Positions 1-8,879 of a stretch of 64,000 bases of DNA are shown here, one piece after another (the stretch's first letter is position 1; the number at the start of each line of letters is the position of its first letter). The notes under the pieces are model-generated. The model made no database searches. It saw only the letters and a list, made by a program, of their open reading frames with translations, and was not told the DNA's origin. The stretch lies in assembly GCA_964556595.1 (NCBI GenBank), contig CAZKXB010000001.1, positions 48,214 to 112,213 of the forward strand. The letters are read 5' to 3'. The position numbers were made by a program, and so were the translations under genes. The stretch is from an uncultured Ruminococcus sp. (GTDB taxonomy: Bacteria; Bacillota; Clostridia; Oscillospirales; Ruminococcaceae).

Positions 1-942
1 CTTGGTGTCGATTATTGTAACAACGGGGATTGAGAACACGTCCGCAAGCTGTACAAAACGCGCGATTTTTGCGCTGTCAGCAGCGGTAAGCTTCTCAGCC
101 TTATCGGTGGCAACAAAAGCAACAGTCGCCCAGTTTACGCTTGCGATAGCGGTATAAGCCGCTGTACCGAACTCCGCGCCAAGCTCTATAACGGAATTTT
201 TATCCGCAGCCGCCGCAATAATATCAGCGCCCTTCATTGCTGCCGTTATCTCCGCGTCATTTGCGGTGAAATCATCATTTCCCGCAAGGGAAATATTGTT
301 TGCGGGAAGAACCGCAACCAGCTTTCTTGCCTTTGCGGCAGCGTCAGCGCCGTCCTTTGCGAGGATATCGCACACGCCTGCCTTTGCAGCGTTAGCCGCT
401 GTGCCCGCGCCCGCAAGCTTTCCATCGGGTGCGTTGAAGGGAGCGGTCATAAACAGCTCTGCCTTTTCGGTCATTACGGTAACGTCAGCCATGGAAGCCA
501 GCATTGCCGCTGCGCCTGCGCAAACGCCGCAAACCACGGCAACCTGCGGAACAACGCCCGAAATCTCAGCCGAAGCCTTGATGATATCGCCGTAAGCGGA
601 AAGCACCGCCATGCCCTCGGTGATATCGCCGCCCTTTGAGTCAAAGAACGCAACCACGGGAGCGCCATTCTTTGCGGCAAGCTGATAAATCTTTCTGATT
701 TTCATAGCCGCGCTCTTGTTTACAGCGCCGCCCTTTACGCTTACGTCCTGTGCATAGGCGTAAACTGTGCCGCCGAGGATATTTCCCCAGCCTGCGACAA
801 CGGGGCAAAGTCCGCCGTCTGTGGACATAAACTTGTCCAGTTCCTTGAAGCTGCCCTCGTCAAACAGTGCAGCCAGCCATTTTCTTGCTTCGCTGTCAGG
901 AACGCTCTGCTCCATCTCAGCAAGTGTCTTAGAAATTGCCAT
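1..942 (-). CDS. Acyl-CoA carboxylase/decarboxylase carboxyltransferase subunit (PccB/MmdA-like), 3' part beyond window edge
   Basis: Manual translation from ATG at 942 (GGAGG RBS): MAISKTLAEMEQS...LFDEGSFKELD...VYAYAQD...KIYQLAAKNGAPVV.FFDSKGGDITEG...SGVVPQVAVVCGVCAGAAA. These are carboxyl_trans motifs. Open to base 1; absent from the ORF track because there is no stop. Confidence 0.85.
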   Translation of the reverse strand, partial: MAISKTLAEMEQSVPDSEARKWLAALFDEGSFKELDKFMSTDGGLCPVVAGWGNILGGTVYAYAQDVSVKGGAVNKSAAMKIRKIYQLAAKNGAPVVAFFDSKGGDITEGMAVLSAYGDIIKASAEISGVVPQVAVVCGVCAGAAAMLASMADVTVMTEKAELFMTAPFNAPDGKLAGAGTAANAAKAGVCDILAKDGADAAAKARKLVAVLPANNISLAGNDDFTANDAEITAAMKGADIIAAAADKNSVIELGAEFGTAAYTAIASVNWATVAFVATDKAEKLTAADSAKIARFVQLADVFSIPVVTIIDTK

Positions 943-1010
943 ATCTGTCCTCCATATACATCAAAGACCGCCGCCGCAAGCGACAGCAATCCCCAAATTA
1001 GTCCATAATA

Positions 1011-1039
1011 ATTATACTATATCGTGACGAAAATAACAA
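1011..1039 (-). promoter_or_regulatory. Sigma-A-type promoter for the carboxyltransferase gene
   Basis: TTGTTA-N17-TATAAT on the minus strand, about 70 nt upstream of the ATG. Confidence 0.55.
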
Positions 1040-1046
1040 GCCAAAA

Positions 1047-1379
1047 TCACATTTTTGTGCATTTTTTATTTTCATCAAAGAATTTCGCGATATTGTCGAT
1101 GGCTTTTTCGTCATTTTTCACAAATCCCCATTTTCTCAGGCGCTCAAGCTGCTCGCCCTCTGGGAAATCGAACCTCGCCTTTTCTATGCCGTGCAAATCC
1201 ATAAGGTTAAGTATAGCCCTCACAAGCCCGTCAACCCAGAAATCGTCACATTCCAACTCGTCAAAAACAAACGTATCGCCAAGCAGCACGCCCGCGCATT
1301 TGCCAAGGCTTATGCCGTTATCCGAGGCATTGAACTCTATTTTTTCGGTATTCTGCTTGTTCTGTAAAATTTCAACCAT
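1047..1379 (-). CDS. Hypothetical protein, 110 aa (possibly a degenerate GNAT-like fold)
   Basis: ORF with GAGG RBS directly after rluB; protein-like composition. Confidence 0.7.
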   Translation of the reverse strand: MVEILQNKQNTEKIEFNASDNGISLGKCAGVLLGDTFVFDELECDDFWVDGLVRAILNLMDLHGIEKARFDFPEGEQLERLRKWGFVKNDEKAIDNIAKFFDENKKCTKM

Positions 1380-1393
1380 TTCTTATGTACCTC

Positions 1394-2140
1394 TTACCTT
1401 CTCTGTCTTGAAGCCTTGCCTGCGGCGGCGCGCAGCGCCCTGAGTTCCTCTTTGGTAAGGTCGCGGAACTCGCCCGGCTTCAGCATACCAAGCTTCACCC
1501 CGCCGATAGCCACGCGGCGCAGTCTGCCCACCTGAAGCCCCACCGCCTCGCACATACGTCTTATCTGGCGATTTCTGCCCTCCTTGATAACAAAGCGCAG
1601 CACGGTGCGGGTCGGTTCTTCAGCCAGCACCTCAACCGTACAAGGCAGCGTCACCGCGCCGTCATCAAGCTTAACCCCCGCGGAAAGCGCGGAAAGCTGC
1701 TGCTCGTCCACCCTGCCGTCAATGGTTACGCGGTAGGTTTTGGAAACATGGCGCGACGGGTGCATTATGTCGTTTGCAAATTCACCGTCATTTGTGAATA
1801 TCAGCAGTCCCTCGGAATTTCTGTCAAGCCTGCCCACGGGATAAACGCGCTCCTGCACGCCTGTAAGCAGGTCGGCGGCTATTTTTCTGCCCTTTTCGTC
1901 CGCCATTGTGGTGACGTAGCCGCGCGGCTTGTTGAGTATGATGTAGCGCTTTTCGGTATTCTGCGCGGAAATAACGTCATCTCCCACCCTTATCAGGTCG
2001 TTTCTGGGGTCTGCCTTGTCGCCAAGCGAACAGCCCCTGCCGTTCACAGTAACCATGCCGCTTGAGATAAGCTCCTCCGCCTTTCTGCGGGAGCAGTAGC
2101 CGCTGTCCGCAATAATTTTCTGTATCCTTACTTTCTCCAT
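1394..2140 (-). CDS. rluB: 23S rRNA pseudouridine synthase (RsuA/RluB family)
   Basis: S4 domain (RIQKIIADSGYCSRRKAEELI), NKPRGY, catalytic GRLD, EGRNRQIRRM; conserved position after scpAB-dacB. Confidence 0.92.
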   Translation of the reverse strand: MEKVRIQKIIADSGYCSRRKAEELISSGMVTVNGRGCSLGDKADPRNDLIRVGDDVISAQNTEKRYIILNKPRGYVTTMADEKGRKIAADLLTGVQERVYPVGRLDRNSEGLLIFTNDGEFANDIMHPSRHVSKTYRVTIDGRVDEQQLSALSAGVKLDDGAVTLPCTVEVLAEEPTRTVLRFVIKEGRNRQIRRMCEAVGLQVGRLRRVAIGGVKLGMLKPGEFRDLTKEELRALRAAAGKASRQRR

Positions 2141-2225
2141 AATAAATCCTCCTCCATCTCCCGACGGTTAATAGGCTTTCCGCGCAAATCTGCACAGCAG
2201 TCTTTGCGCGGTGTCGCCCTAAATA

Positions 2226-3356
2226 CTAAATATAAATTCCCACAGCCGCAAGCAGCTTTTGCAGCGCCGAAAGCTGTCCGCACTCCGCCGAAACGCTCTG
2301 CGCCGCATAAAGCGGGCAGGTCTTAACCACCCTGCCGTCAAGCGAAAATTCTATGCAGCCAAGCCTGTCGCCCTTTTTCACTCCGCCGTATACAAACCTC
2401 GGCAGCAGCACGCGCTTGGTAAGCTTCTCCGCCTGCTGCGGCAGCAGCGCAAGGCTTGCGGGGTCGGCATAAACGCCCACGCTTTCGCCCGTACCCGCAA
2501 CCGCAACGCGCTCTGCGCACCCAAGCTGAAGCGGGAAGCTTTCAACCGCCGCGAACCCGTAATCCAGCATTTTTTCATGGTCATTCCAGTCGTCGGGAGC
2601 GTTAAGCGTAACCGCGATAAGCGTTACATCTTCGCGCTTTGCCGCCGAAACCAGACACCGCCGCGCGTTGTCCGTAAAGCCTGTCTTTACGCCCACCGCG
2701 CCCTCGTACCTTTGCAGCATTTTATTGGAATTATAAAGCGTGCGCGCATACGGGGGATTGCCAAACTCCACCTCAGCCGAGGAACACGAAACAATTTCGC
2801 AGAACGTTTCATTCTTCATGGCATATGCGGTAAGCATGGCAAGGTCGCGCGCGGTGGTGTAATGTCCCTGCGCGTCAAGCCCCGATGGCGTGACAAAGTG
2901 CGTTGAACTTAAGCCAAGCGCCTGTGCCTTTTGGTTCATCAGCTCCACAAAAGCGCCTATGCTGCCGCTCACCGATACCGCCGCCGCGTTTGCCGCGTCA
3001 TTTCCAGACGGCAGAAGAATACCGTAAAGCAAATCCCTGCGCGAAACGCGGTCGCCCGCGCGCAGCCCCATGGAAGTTCCCTCCACCATAATGGCATAGC
3101 TGTCCACGGTAAATTCGCTGTCAAGGTCGCCCGCTTCTATGGTTAAAATCGCGGTCATTATCTTGGTTGTGCTTGCCATGGCGCGCTTTTCGTCCGCGTT
3201 TTTCTGATACACAACCGTGCCGGTTTCCGCTTCAATCAATATCGCGCTTGCCGCCGAAAGTTCTGTTGGCTGCTGCGCCATTGCCAAAGCCGCAGTAAGC
3301 TGCGAAGCCATCGCAGCGACAAATACCGATAATACCGCCAAAATACGCTTTTTCAT
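2226..3356 (-). CDS. dacB: D-alanyl-D-alanine carboxypeptidase (peptidase S11)
   Basis: SxxK (STTK), SGN and KTG motifs; signal peptide from MKKRI at 3356 (GGAG RBS); synteny with scpAB/rluB. Confidence 0.88.
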   Translation of the reverse strand: MKKRILAVLSVFVAAMASQLTAALAMAQQPTELSAASAILIEAETGTVVYQKNADEKRAMASTTKIMTAILTIEAGDLDSEFTVDSYAIMVEGTSMGLRAGDRVSRRDLLYGILLPSGNDAANAAAVSVSGSIGAFVELMNQKAQALGLSSTHFVTPSGLDAQGHYTTARDLAMLTAYAMKNETFCEIVSCSSAEVEFGNPPYARTLYNSNKMLQRYEGAVGVKTGFTDNARRCLVSAAKREDVTLIAVTLNAPDDWNDHEKMLDYGFAAVESFPLQLGCAERVAVAGTGESVGVYADPASLALLPQQAEKLTKRVLLPRFVYGGVKKGDRLGCIEFSLDGRVVKTCPLYAAQSVSAECGQLSALQKLLAAVGIYI

Positions 3357-3390
3357 GCCTGCTCTCCTATCGCTTAAGAATTGTTCGGCG

Positions 3391-3420
3391 ATAGTATGTG
3401 CCGCGCGACAGGAAATATAC
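3391..3420 (-). promoter_or_regulatory. Sporulation sigma-factor promoter for dacB (sigma-E-like; also fits sigma-G)
   Basis: GTATATT-N15-CATACTAT on the minus strand, 35 nt upstream of the dacB start. Confidence 0.6.
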
Positions 3421-3438
3421 GGCATTTTCGGTGATTAC

Positions 3439-3849
3439 TCAGTCCTCTGCGGACTTCTGTTCAGGCTCGCCGCTGTCGGACTTTTTCTTGCCCACCATGT
3501 CCTTTACCTTGTCGATAAGACCGGGAACTGCGTCTATAATTCCGTCAAACTTGCCGCCCTTTGCGCCAAGCTCCAGCAGCTTTACATCGCCGTCCGTCTT
3601 GATAACAATGAACGCAACAGGCTTAACCGTAACGCCTGCGCCAGAGCCGCCCGCGAATTTCTCCGCCGTCTGCACGGGAAGGTCGCTGCCGCCCGACACA
3701 AAGCCGAACGAAACCTTTGATACGGGGATAACCACCGTGCCGTCGGGCGAGGTTATCGGGTCGCCTATAATAGTGTTTACATCGGTCATTTCGTGGATTT
3801 TGTCCATGGAAATTCCCATTACTCCTTCAATCGGGTGCTTGTCTGCCAT
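3439..3849 (-). CDS. ytfJ: Sporulation protein YtfJ/GerW family
   Basis: DVNTIIGDPI...VIPVSKVSFGFVSGGSD...FAGGSGAGVTVKPVAFIVI signature; start MADKHP after AAAGGAG. Confidence 0.92.
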   Translation of the reverse strand: MADKHPIEGVMGISMDKIHEMTDVNTIIGDPITSPDGTVVIPVSKVSFGFVSGGSDLPVQTAEKFAGGSGAGVTVKPVAFIVIKTDGDVKLLELGAKGGKFDGIIDAVPGLIDKVKDMVGKKKSDSGEPEQKSAED

Positions 3850-3890
3850 AGTATTAACTCCTTTCATACAGCGAGGTTGTCCCTGCTGTC

Positions 3891-4685
3891 TTATGCCTTA
3901 TTTTTGGGGGATTTAGCTCCGCCCTTTGCGGTAAACCTGCCGAGCCAGTCCATGGTTTTCTCGCTGCGCAAAGCGCGCACAACCAGTCTGCCAAGGAATG
4001 TGAACAGGAATATCACAAATATCATCATGCACATTTTCACCGTGCAGGAGAATTCCGCTTTGGTATCCTCCGCCTGAAAATCCACATTTATGTCAACCTG
4101 CGGCTGCTTAAGCGTGAAAAACGAACCTAAAAAGCCAAGCGCGTTTCCCACTGCAAGGTTCACCGCGCCGAATTTAAGTGCCGCCTTTGCCGCGTCCTCG
4201 CCGCCGCAAAGCACGCGGATTTCCAGATTGCGGATTTCAATGCGCCGAAGCAGCTTTTTAAGCGGCTTGCAAAGGCTGTTCACCAGAACCTTGATAATCT
4301 CGAAAAGTTCCGACAACGTTGGCGCTTTGGGATTTTTCTGCTTTTTGGCTTTTTTCGTTTTAACGCTTTGGGCGGGCGGCACAGTTTCCTGCGCGGCGGG
4401 GGTTTCCTGCTGCTGCGGGATTTCCTGCGCGGCGGGAGTTTCCTGCTGCGGGATTTCCTGCGCGGCGGGCGCTTTCTGCCGCTTTTTGCGCCCCGCGCGT
4501 TTTTTGGGCTTTTGTGGAATACGGTACAGCGTTATAAAAAGGCAGCGCACGCGCAGCTTTACGGCTTTGCCGTACTCGATATCTATTATGACAGGTGCGG
4601 CAAGTACCAGCACCAGAAGCAGCACTATGCTGCTGAATATTATCCAGCCCGTACACTCACCACCCTTGCTGAAGCCGCGCCGCAT
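3891..4685 (-). CDS. DUF2953/YtfI-like membrane-anchored protein; start codon uncertain
   Basis: N-terminal hydrophobic helix, Lys/Gln/Pro-rich linker, C-terminal GGEDAAKAALKFG...VDINVDF; lies upstream of ytfJ as in ytfI-ytfJ. Confidence 0.75.
   Translation of the reverse strand: MRRGFSKGGECTGWIIFSSIVLLLVLVLAAPVIIDIEYGKAVKLRVRCLFITLYRIPQKPKKRAGRKKRQKAPAAQEIPQQETPAAQEIPQQQETPAAQETVPPAQSVKTKKAKKQKNPKAPTLSELFEIIKVLVNSLCKPLKKLLRRIEIRNLEIRVLCGGEDAAKAALKFGAVNLAVGNALGFLGSFFTLKQPQVDINVDFQAEDTKAEFSCTVKMCMMIFVIFLFTFLGRLVVRALRSEKTMDWLGRFTAKGGAKSPKNKA
4382..4470. repeat. In-frame tandem repeat encoding AQEIPQQ(Q)ETPA, 2 copies plus partial
   Basis: gtttcctgc(tgc)tgcgggatttcctgcgcggcggg repeated; 36-39 nt unit. 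Confidence 0.85.
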
Positions 4686-4709
4686 TTGTAATTCTGCGCG
4701 CGCCTTGAC

Positions 4710-5273
4710 TTAATCGCCCGAAAGCGTCATTTCCTCATACTCGTCAAAATCAATCTGTCCGTTTGCGTCGGGGATAGCGGGAAGTCCCGATATATCGGCA
4801 ATACCGAAGCAGCGCAGAAAATTCTCCGTTGTGCGGTATGCTATCGGTCTGCCGGGCAGGTCAAGCCTGCCGTACTCCTCCAGAAGCTCGCGCTCCACAA
4901 GCGAATTTACAACGCCAGAGCTGTCAACGCCGCGAACCTGCTCCACAAAGCCCTTTGTAACAGGCTGATTATACGCCACTATCGCCAGCACCTCAAGCGC
5001 CGCCTGCGACAAGGGCGCCTGCCGCCTTGTTTCAAGCGCCGCCTTTATTTTCGGCGCGAACTCCGCCCTTGTCGTAAGCTGAAAGCAGCTTCCAAGGCGC
5101 ATTATCACAAGCGCGCTTTGCTGCTCATTATATCGGTCGTTAAGACGGTCGGCAAGCTTTTCCACCGTTTCGGGTTCTATTTCTGCGGCTGCCGCAAGCT
5201 TTTCAAGCTCTATCGGCTCTCCGCAGGCGAACAGAATTGCTTCAACCGCCGCCATTCCCTCACTGAACTTCAT
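4710..5273 (-). CDS. scpB: Segregation and condensation protein B
   Basis: AVEAILFACGEP, LSQAALEVLAIVAYNQPVTK, GRPIAYRTT. Confidence 0.96.
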   Translation of the reverse strand: MKFSEGMAAVEAILFACGEPIELEKLAAAAEIEPETVEKLADRLNDRYNEQQSALVIMRLGSCFQLTTRAEFAPKIKAALETRRQAPLSQAALEVLAIVAYNQPVTKGFVEQVRGVDSSGVVNSLVERELLEEYGRLDLPGRPIAYRTTENFLRCFGIADISGLPAIPDANGQIDFDEYEEMTLSGD

Positions 5274-5982
5274 TTGTTTCCTCCCTGTCGGCGCGCGTTG
5301 CCATGCGCACGCTTGCGCCGTCCTCGGATATAACTATCCTGCCCTGCTTTGAAAGCTCCAGAATTGCAAGAAATGTCGCCACCTCGCGCGAGCGCGGCTG
5401 ACCCGCGTAAAGCTCGTCCATGGTGACTGAGCCTTTTCTGCGCAGGCTTTTAAGCACCGCCACTATGCCCGTAAACACCGTAACATAGCTTTTCGCAACG
5501 ATAGGCTTTATAGATTTAGGGCGATACGCCGCCTTTTTCCGCGTTCTGTCGGCAACCGCGCCGTAAGCCAGCATAAGTTCCTCAGGCTGATGAGTGCCGC
5601 GATATGCGCGGTCAATCTCAAGCTGCATGGGCTTTCTTACAAAAACCACATCGCCCTGCCAGCGCTTTTGCAGCCGTCCCGCCATGGTTTTGCACAGCGC
5701 GTATTCTATCAGCGCGCCTTGAAGCTCCTTTTTAAGCTCCTCTACCTCCTCCTTCGGAAGCAGCGCTGCGGACTTTATAAGTATCAGCCGCGCCGCCATC
5801 TCCAGAAAGTCGGAAGTAACCTCTATATCCGCCTCGGTCATTCGCTCAAGATAAAGCATAAACTGCTCCAGCAGCACGCTTATCTCAATATCCTGTATAT
5901 TCAGCTTGTGCTTTTGTATCAGCGACAGCATAAGGTCAAGAGGACCTTCAAACACCTCCAGCTTAAAGCTTAAGCTATCCAT
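5260..5982 (-). CDS. scpA: Segregation and condensation protein A (kleisin)
   Basis: FEGPLDLMLSLIQK, FLEMAARLILIKS..LLP, VATFLAILEL. Confidence 0.96.
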   Translation of the reverse strand: MDSLSFKLEVFEGPLDLMLSLIQKHKLNIQDIEISVLLEQFMLYLERMTEADIEVTSDFLEMAARLILIKSAALLPKEEVEELKKELQGALIEYALCKTMAGRLQKRWQGDVVFVRKPMQLEIDRAYRGTHQPEELMLAYGAVADRTRKKAAYRPKSIKPIVAKSYVTVFTGIVAVLKSLRRKGSVTMDELYAGQPRSREVATFLAILELSKQGRIVISEDGASVRMATRADREETNEVQ

Positions 5983-5985
5983 ACG

Positions 5986-6672
5986 TCACCCCAGAAATGC
6001 AGAGCATACATCAAGCAGCCATATCACGCAGTTCGACAGGAAATTAAGCGGCACATCAAGCGCGCCGAAAATCAGCAGCGCAAAGAACACCCAGTAAATA
6101 ATCTGGCTGTAACGCTCCATAAAGTTAATTCCCCTTGCAGGCAAAAAGCTGTACAGTATCTTCGAGCCGTCAAACGGCGGTATCGGCAGCAGATTAAATA
6201 TCGCAAGATAGACGTTAATCTGAATTACATAATACACGCCGACGCAGATGTACGCGGCGGTTTCCGAGGTAAGCGGGATAAGCTTCAGGATAATCATAAA
6301 AATATACGACAACAGGATATTTGCCAGCGGCCCCGCCAGAGAGGTCAGCGCAAGCGCGGTGCGGTTTTTAACCTTGCGGCAGCGGTGAATATTTACCGGA
6401 GTTGGCTTTGCCCAGCCTATGCAGCAAAAGCACATACACAGCGCACCCATGGGGTCTATATGCGCGAAAGGGTTAAGCGTAAGCCTGCCCTGCTGCTCGG
6501 CGGTGTCGTCACCGAGTATTTTTGCCATAAGTCCGTGCGCGCACTCGTGTATGGGGAAAACCACAAAAATAACAACAGCCACCGCAAAGCAGGACAGTAT
6601 CGCATACTCCCACGGCTTGCTTCCCATCATTGCGTCGATTATATCAAAAATCGGTCCTTTTATTCTTTCCAT
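5986..6672 (-). CDS. Site-2 protease (peptidase M50)
   Basis: HExxH (HECAH), GRLTLNPFAHID, FNLLPIPPFDG. Confidence 0.92.
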   Translation of the reverse strand: MERIKGPIFDIIDAMMGSKPWEYAILSCFAVAVVIFVVFPIHECAHGLMAKILGDDTAEQQGRLTLNPFAHIDPMGALCMCFCCIGWAKPTPVNIHRCRKVKNRTALALTSLAGPLANILLSYIFMIILKLIPLTSETAAYICVGVYYVIQINVYLAIFNLLPIPPFDGSKILYSFLPARGINFMERYSQIIYWVFFALLIFGALDVPLNFLSNCVIWLLDVCSAFLG

Positions 6673-6743
6673 AAGTACTCCTCGTAAAACACAAATAACA
6701 TATGTTGAAATTATTGTCAGCTAAAAAACTGCTATACCACTTT

Positions 6744-6772
6744 ATTATAACTCATTATAAGTTTTTTTTCAA
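6744..6772 (-). promoter_or_regulatory. Sigma-A-type promoter of the S2P-scpAB operon
   Basis: TTGAAA-N17-TATAAT on the minus strand. Confidence 0.6.
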
Positions 6773-6824
6773 GGGGAAACAAGCAAATTACACACATATT
6801 TCACACTTGGGAAATTTATTAGAG

Positions 6825-6853
6825 TTCTAACGCGGACAAACTCCCCATATACT
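6825..6853 (+). promoter_or_regulatory. Sigma-E-type promoter of spoIIIA
   Basis: TTCTAA-N15-CATATACT, 28 nt before the spoIIIAA start; spoIIIA is sigma-E dependent in studied spore formers. Confidence 0.65.
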
Positions 6854-6881
6854 GGAATATACGAAAGCGAGGGAAGCAAAA

Positions 6882-7763
6882 ATGATAACCGTTAAAAACG
6901 CTGAAATACCGCTTAAAAGCGCCGAAAGGCTGATAACACTGCCGCAGGATATACCGCGCAGCCGCCTTTGCGAAATTCGGCTCAGGGCGGGACGTCCCGC
7001 GGTGGCGGTTTCGGTATCGGGGGCAAGCGTTCCCTGCTCGCGGGTGCTTTCGGCGGCTGACATTGACGGCTGCTTTCAGGAGCTTTGCCGTTACTCCGTA
7101 CACAGCTTTCAGCGCGAAATAGCCGAGGGCTACATAACGCTTCCAGGCGGACACAGGGCGGGCTTCTGCGGCACTGCGGTGGTGCGCGGCGGCTGTGTTG
7201 AAACGCTGCGCAGCATATCCTCCATAAATATCCGTATAGCGCACGAGATAAAAGGCTGCGCCGAAGCGCTTTACCGCGCGGTTTTTTCAGAGGGGCTGCG
7301 CTCGCTGCTGATAGCGGGAGCGCCGCTTACGGGCAAAACCACCCTGCTGCGCGACCTCGCACGGCTTATCGGCGAAAATCACAAGGTTGCGCTTATCGAC
7401 AGCCGAAGCGAGCTTGCTGCCTGCTGTGACAGCGCGCCGCAGCTTGACGTGGGACTTAATACGGACGTGCTTAACGGCTATCCCCGCGCAGAGGGCATGG
7501 AAACCGCCCTAAGAACCTTAAGTCCCGATGTGATTATGTGCGATGAACTTGGCGGAGATATCGGCGCGGTAAAACGGTGCGCGCACTGCGGCGTAAAGCT
7601 TATCGCGACAATCCACGCCGACTCGGCACAGCAGCTTCTGCGCGATAAGCAAACAGCGGAACTTTGCGGCGCGTTTGACTGCATAGCCGTCCTCTGCGGA
7701 AAGGGCGCAATCGCCGAAATAAGGCAAATAAACCCAAACGCGCTTCAAGGTACTAAGCCATGA
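6882..7763 (+). CDS. spoIIIAA: Stage III sporulation protein AA (ATPase)
   Basis: EIRLRAGRP, GYITLPGGHRAG, Walker A GAPLTGKTT, LSPDVIMCDELG. Confidence 0.95.
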   Translation: MITVKNAEIPLKSAERLITLPQDIPRSRLCEIRLRAGRPAVAVSVSGASVPCSRVLSAADIDGCFQELCRYSVHSFQREIAEGYITLPGGHRAGFCGTAVVRGGCVETLRSISSINIRIAHEIKGCAEALYRAVFSEGLRSLLIAGAPLTGKTTLLRDLARLIGENHKVALIDSRSELAACCDSAPQLDVGLNTDVLNGYPRAEGMETALRTLSPDVIMCDELGGDIGAVKRCAHCGVKLIATIHADSAQQLLRDKQTAELCGAFDCIAVLCGKGAIAEIRQINPNALQGTKP

Positions 7764-8248
7764 ACATAATTCTTGCCGCTGCCGCATTTGCGCTTTGCAC
7801 GGCGGGCGGACTATACAAAAGCGCGCTGCTGAAAAAACGCGCCGCGCTGCTTTGCGAGCTTAAGCGGCTTGTAAACGGCTTTGCCATAAGCATACGCTAC
7901 ACTGCGCCAACGCTTGACCAGCTTGCGGACGGCTGCGGCGGCGTTTTTGGGGAACTTCTGCAACAGGCGCGACAAAACTCCCCCAACATAAAAAGCGCAT
8001 GGCAGACAGCGGCGGCGCAGCTTTCCGCGCTACCCTTTTCGGGCGAGGAGGAAGCGCGGCTTATGGCGCAGCTTGGGCGCGAACTCGGCACCTGTGACGC
8101 GGCGGGACAGCTTTCCATGCTGGAAATGTACGCCGAGCAGCTTAAAAAGCTTTCGGACGAGGCGGAGGAAAACGCCGCAGTCAAGGGTAAGCTGCTGCGC
8201 TCTGCAGGAACGCTGCTTGGCATTGGCGCGGCAATTCTGATAATTTAA
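7760..8248 (+). CDS. spoIIIAB: Stage III sporulation protein AB
   Basis: N- and C-terminal TM helices, LGRELGTCD..GQ; operon position. Confidence 0.88.
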   Translation: MNIILAAAAFALCTAGGLYKSALLKKRAALLCELKRLVNGFAISIRYTAPTLDQLADGCGGVFGELLQQARQNSPNIKSAWQTAAAQLSALPFSGEEEARLMAQLGRELGTCDAAGQLSMLEMYAEQLKKLSDEAEENAAVKGKLLRSAGTLLGIGAAILII

Positions 8249-8261
8249 CGGACGGTGAAAT

Positions 8262-8459
8262 ATGGAGCTTGACCTTATCTTCAAGATAGCGGCGGTGGGA
8301 ATAATCGTGTCGGTGCTTAACCTGATACTGAAAAAGACCGACCATGACGAGCAGGCTATGATGCTTACGGTGGCGGGACTTGTGATAGTGCTGATGATGA
8401 TAATTCCCGCCATAAGCGAGCTTTTCTCTACGATAAAATCCGTATTCGGGCTGTGGTGA
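8262..8459 (+). CDS. spoIIIAC: Stage III sporulation protein AC
   Basis: MELDLIFKIAAVGIIVSVLNLILKK...F signature, 65 aa. Confidence 0.95.
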   Translation: MELDLIFKIAAVGIIVSVLNLILKKTDHDEQAMMLTVAGLVIVLMMIIPAISELFSTIKSVFGLW

Positions 8460-8463
8460 CGGT

Positions 8464-8853
8464 ATGGATATAACAGCAATTGCGGGCATTGGCATACTTT
8501 CGGCGGCGCTGTGCGTTATCGTGCGGCAGTACAAGCCCGAAATGGCGCTTGGGATAAGCGCCGCGTGCGGGGTGCTGATACTTATTGCGGTGATAACAAT
8601 GCTGTCGCCCTCGGTGGAAGCGATAGTGCAGCTTACCGAAGCCGCAGGACTGGATAACGGCTACGCCGCCATACTGCTTAAGGCGCTTACCGTGTGCTAC
8701 ATAACCCAGCTTTCCGCCGACTGCTGCCGTGACGCGGGGGAAGCCGCGATAGCCACCAGAATTGAACTTGCGGGCAAGGCTGCGATAGTGGTGATTTCGC
8801 TGCCCGTTTTCTCATCGCTTGCGGAACTTGTAACAAAGCTGATAAAAGCCTGA
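8464..8853 (+). CDS. spoIIIAD: Stage III sporulation protein AD
   Basis: RQYKPEMA, LLKALTVCYITQLSADCCRDAGE.AIA.RIELAGK. Confidence 0.95.
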   Translation: MDITAIAGIGILSAALCVIVRQYKPEMALGISAACGVLILIAVITMLSPSVEAIVQLTEAAGLDNGYAAILLKALTVCYITQLSADCCRDAGEAAIATRIELAGKAAIVVISLPVFSSLAELVTKLIKA

Positions 8854-8879
8854 AGCCCATCTGACTGAGGAACACAAAA

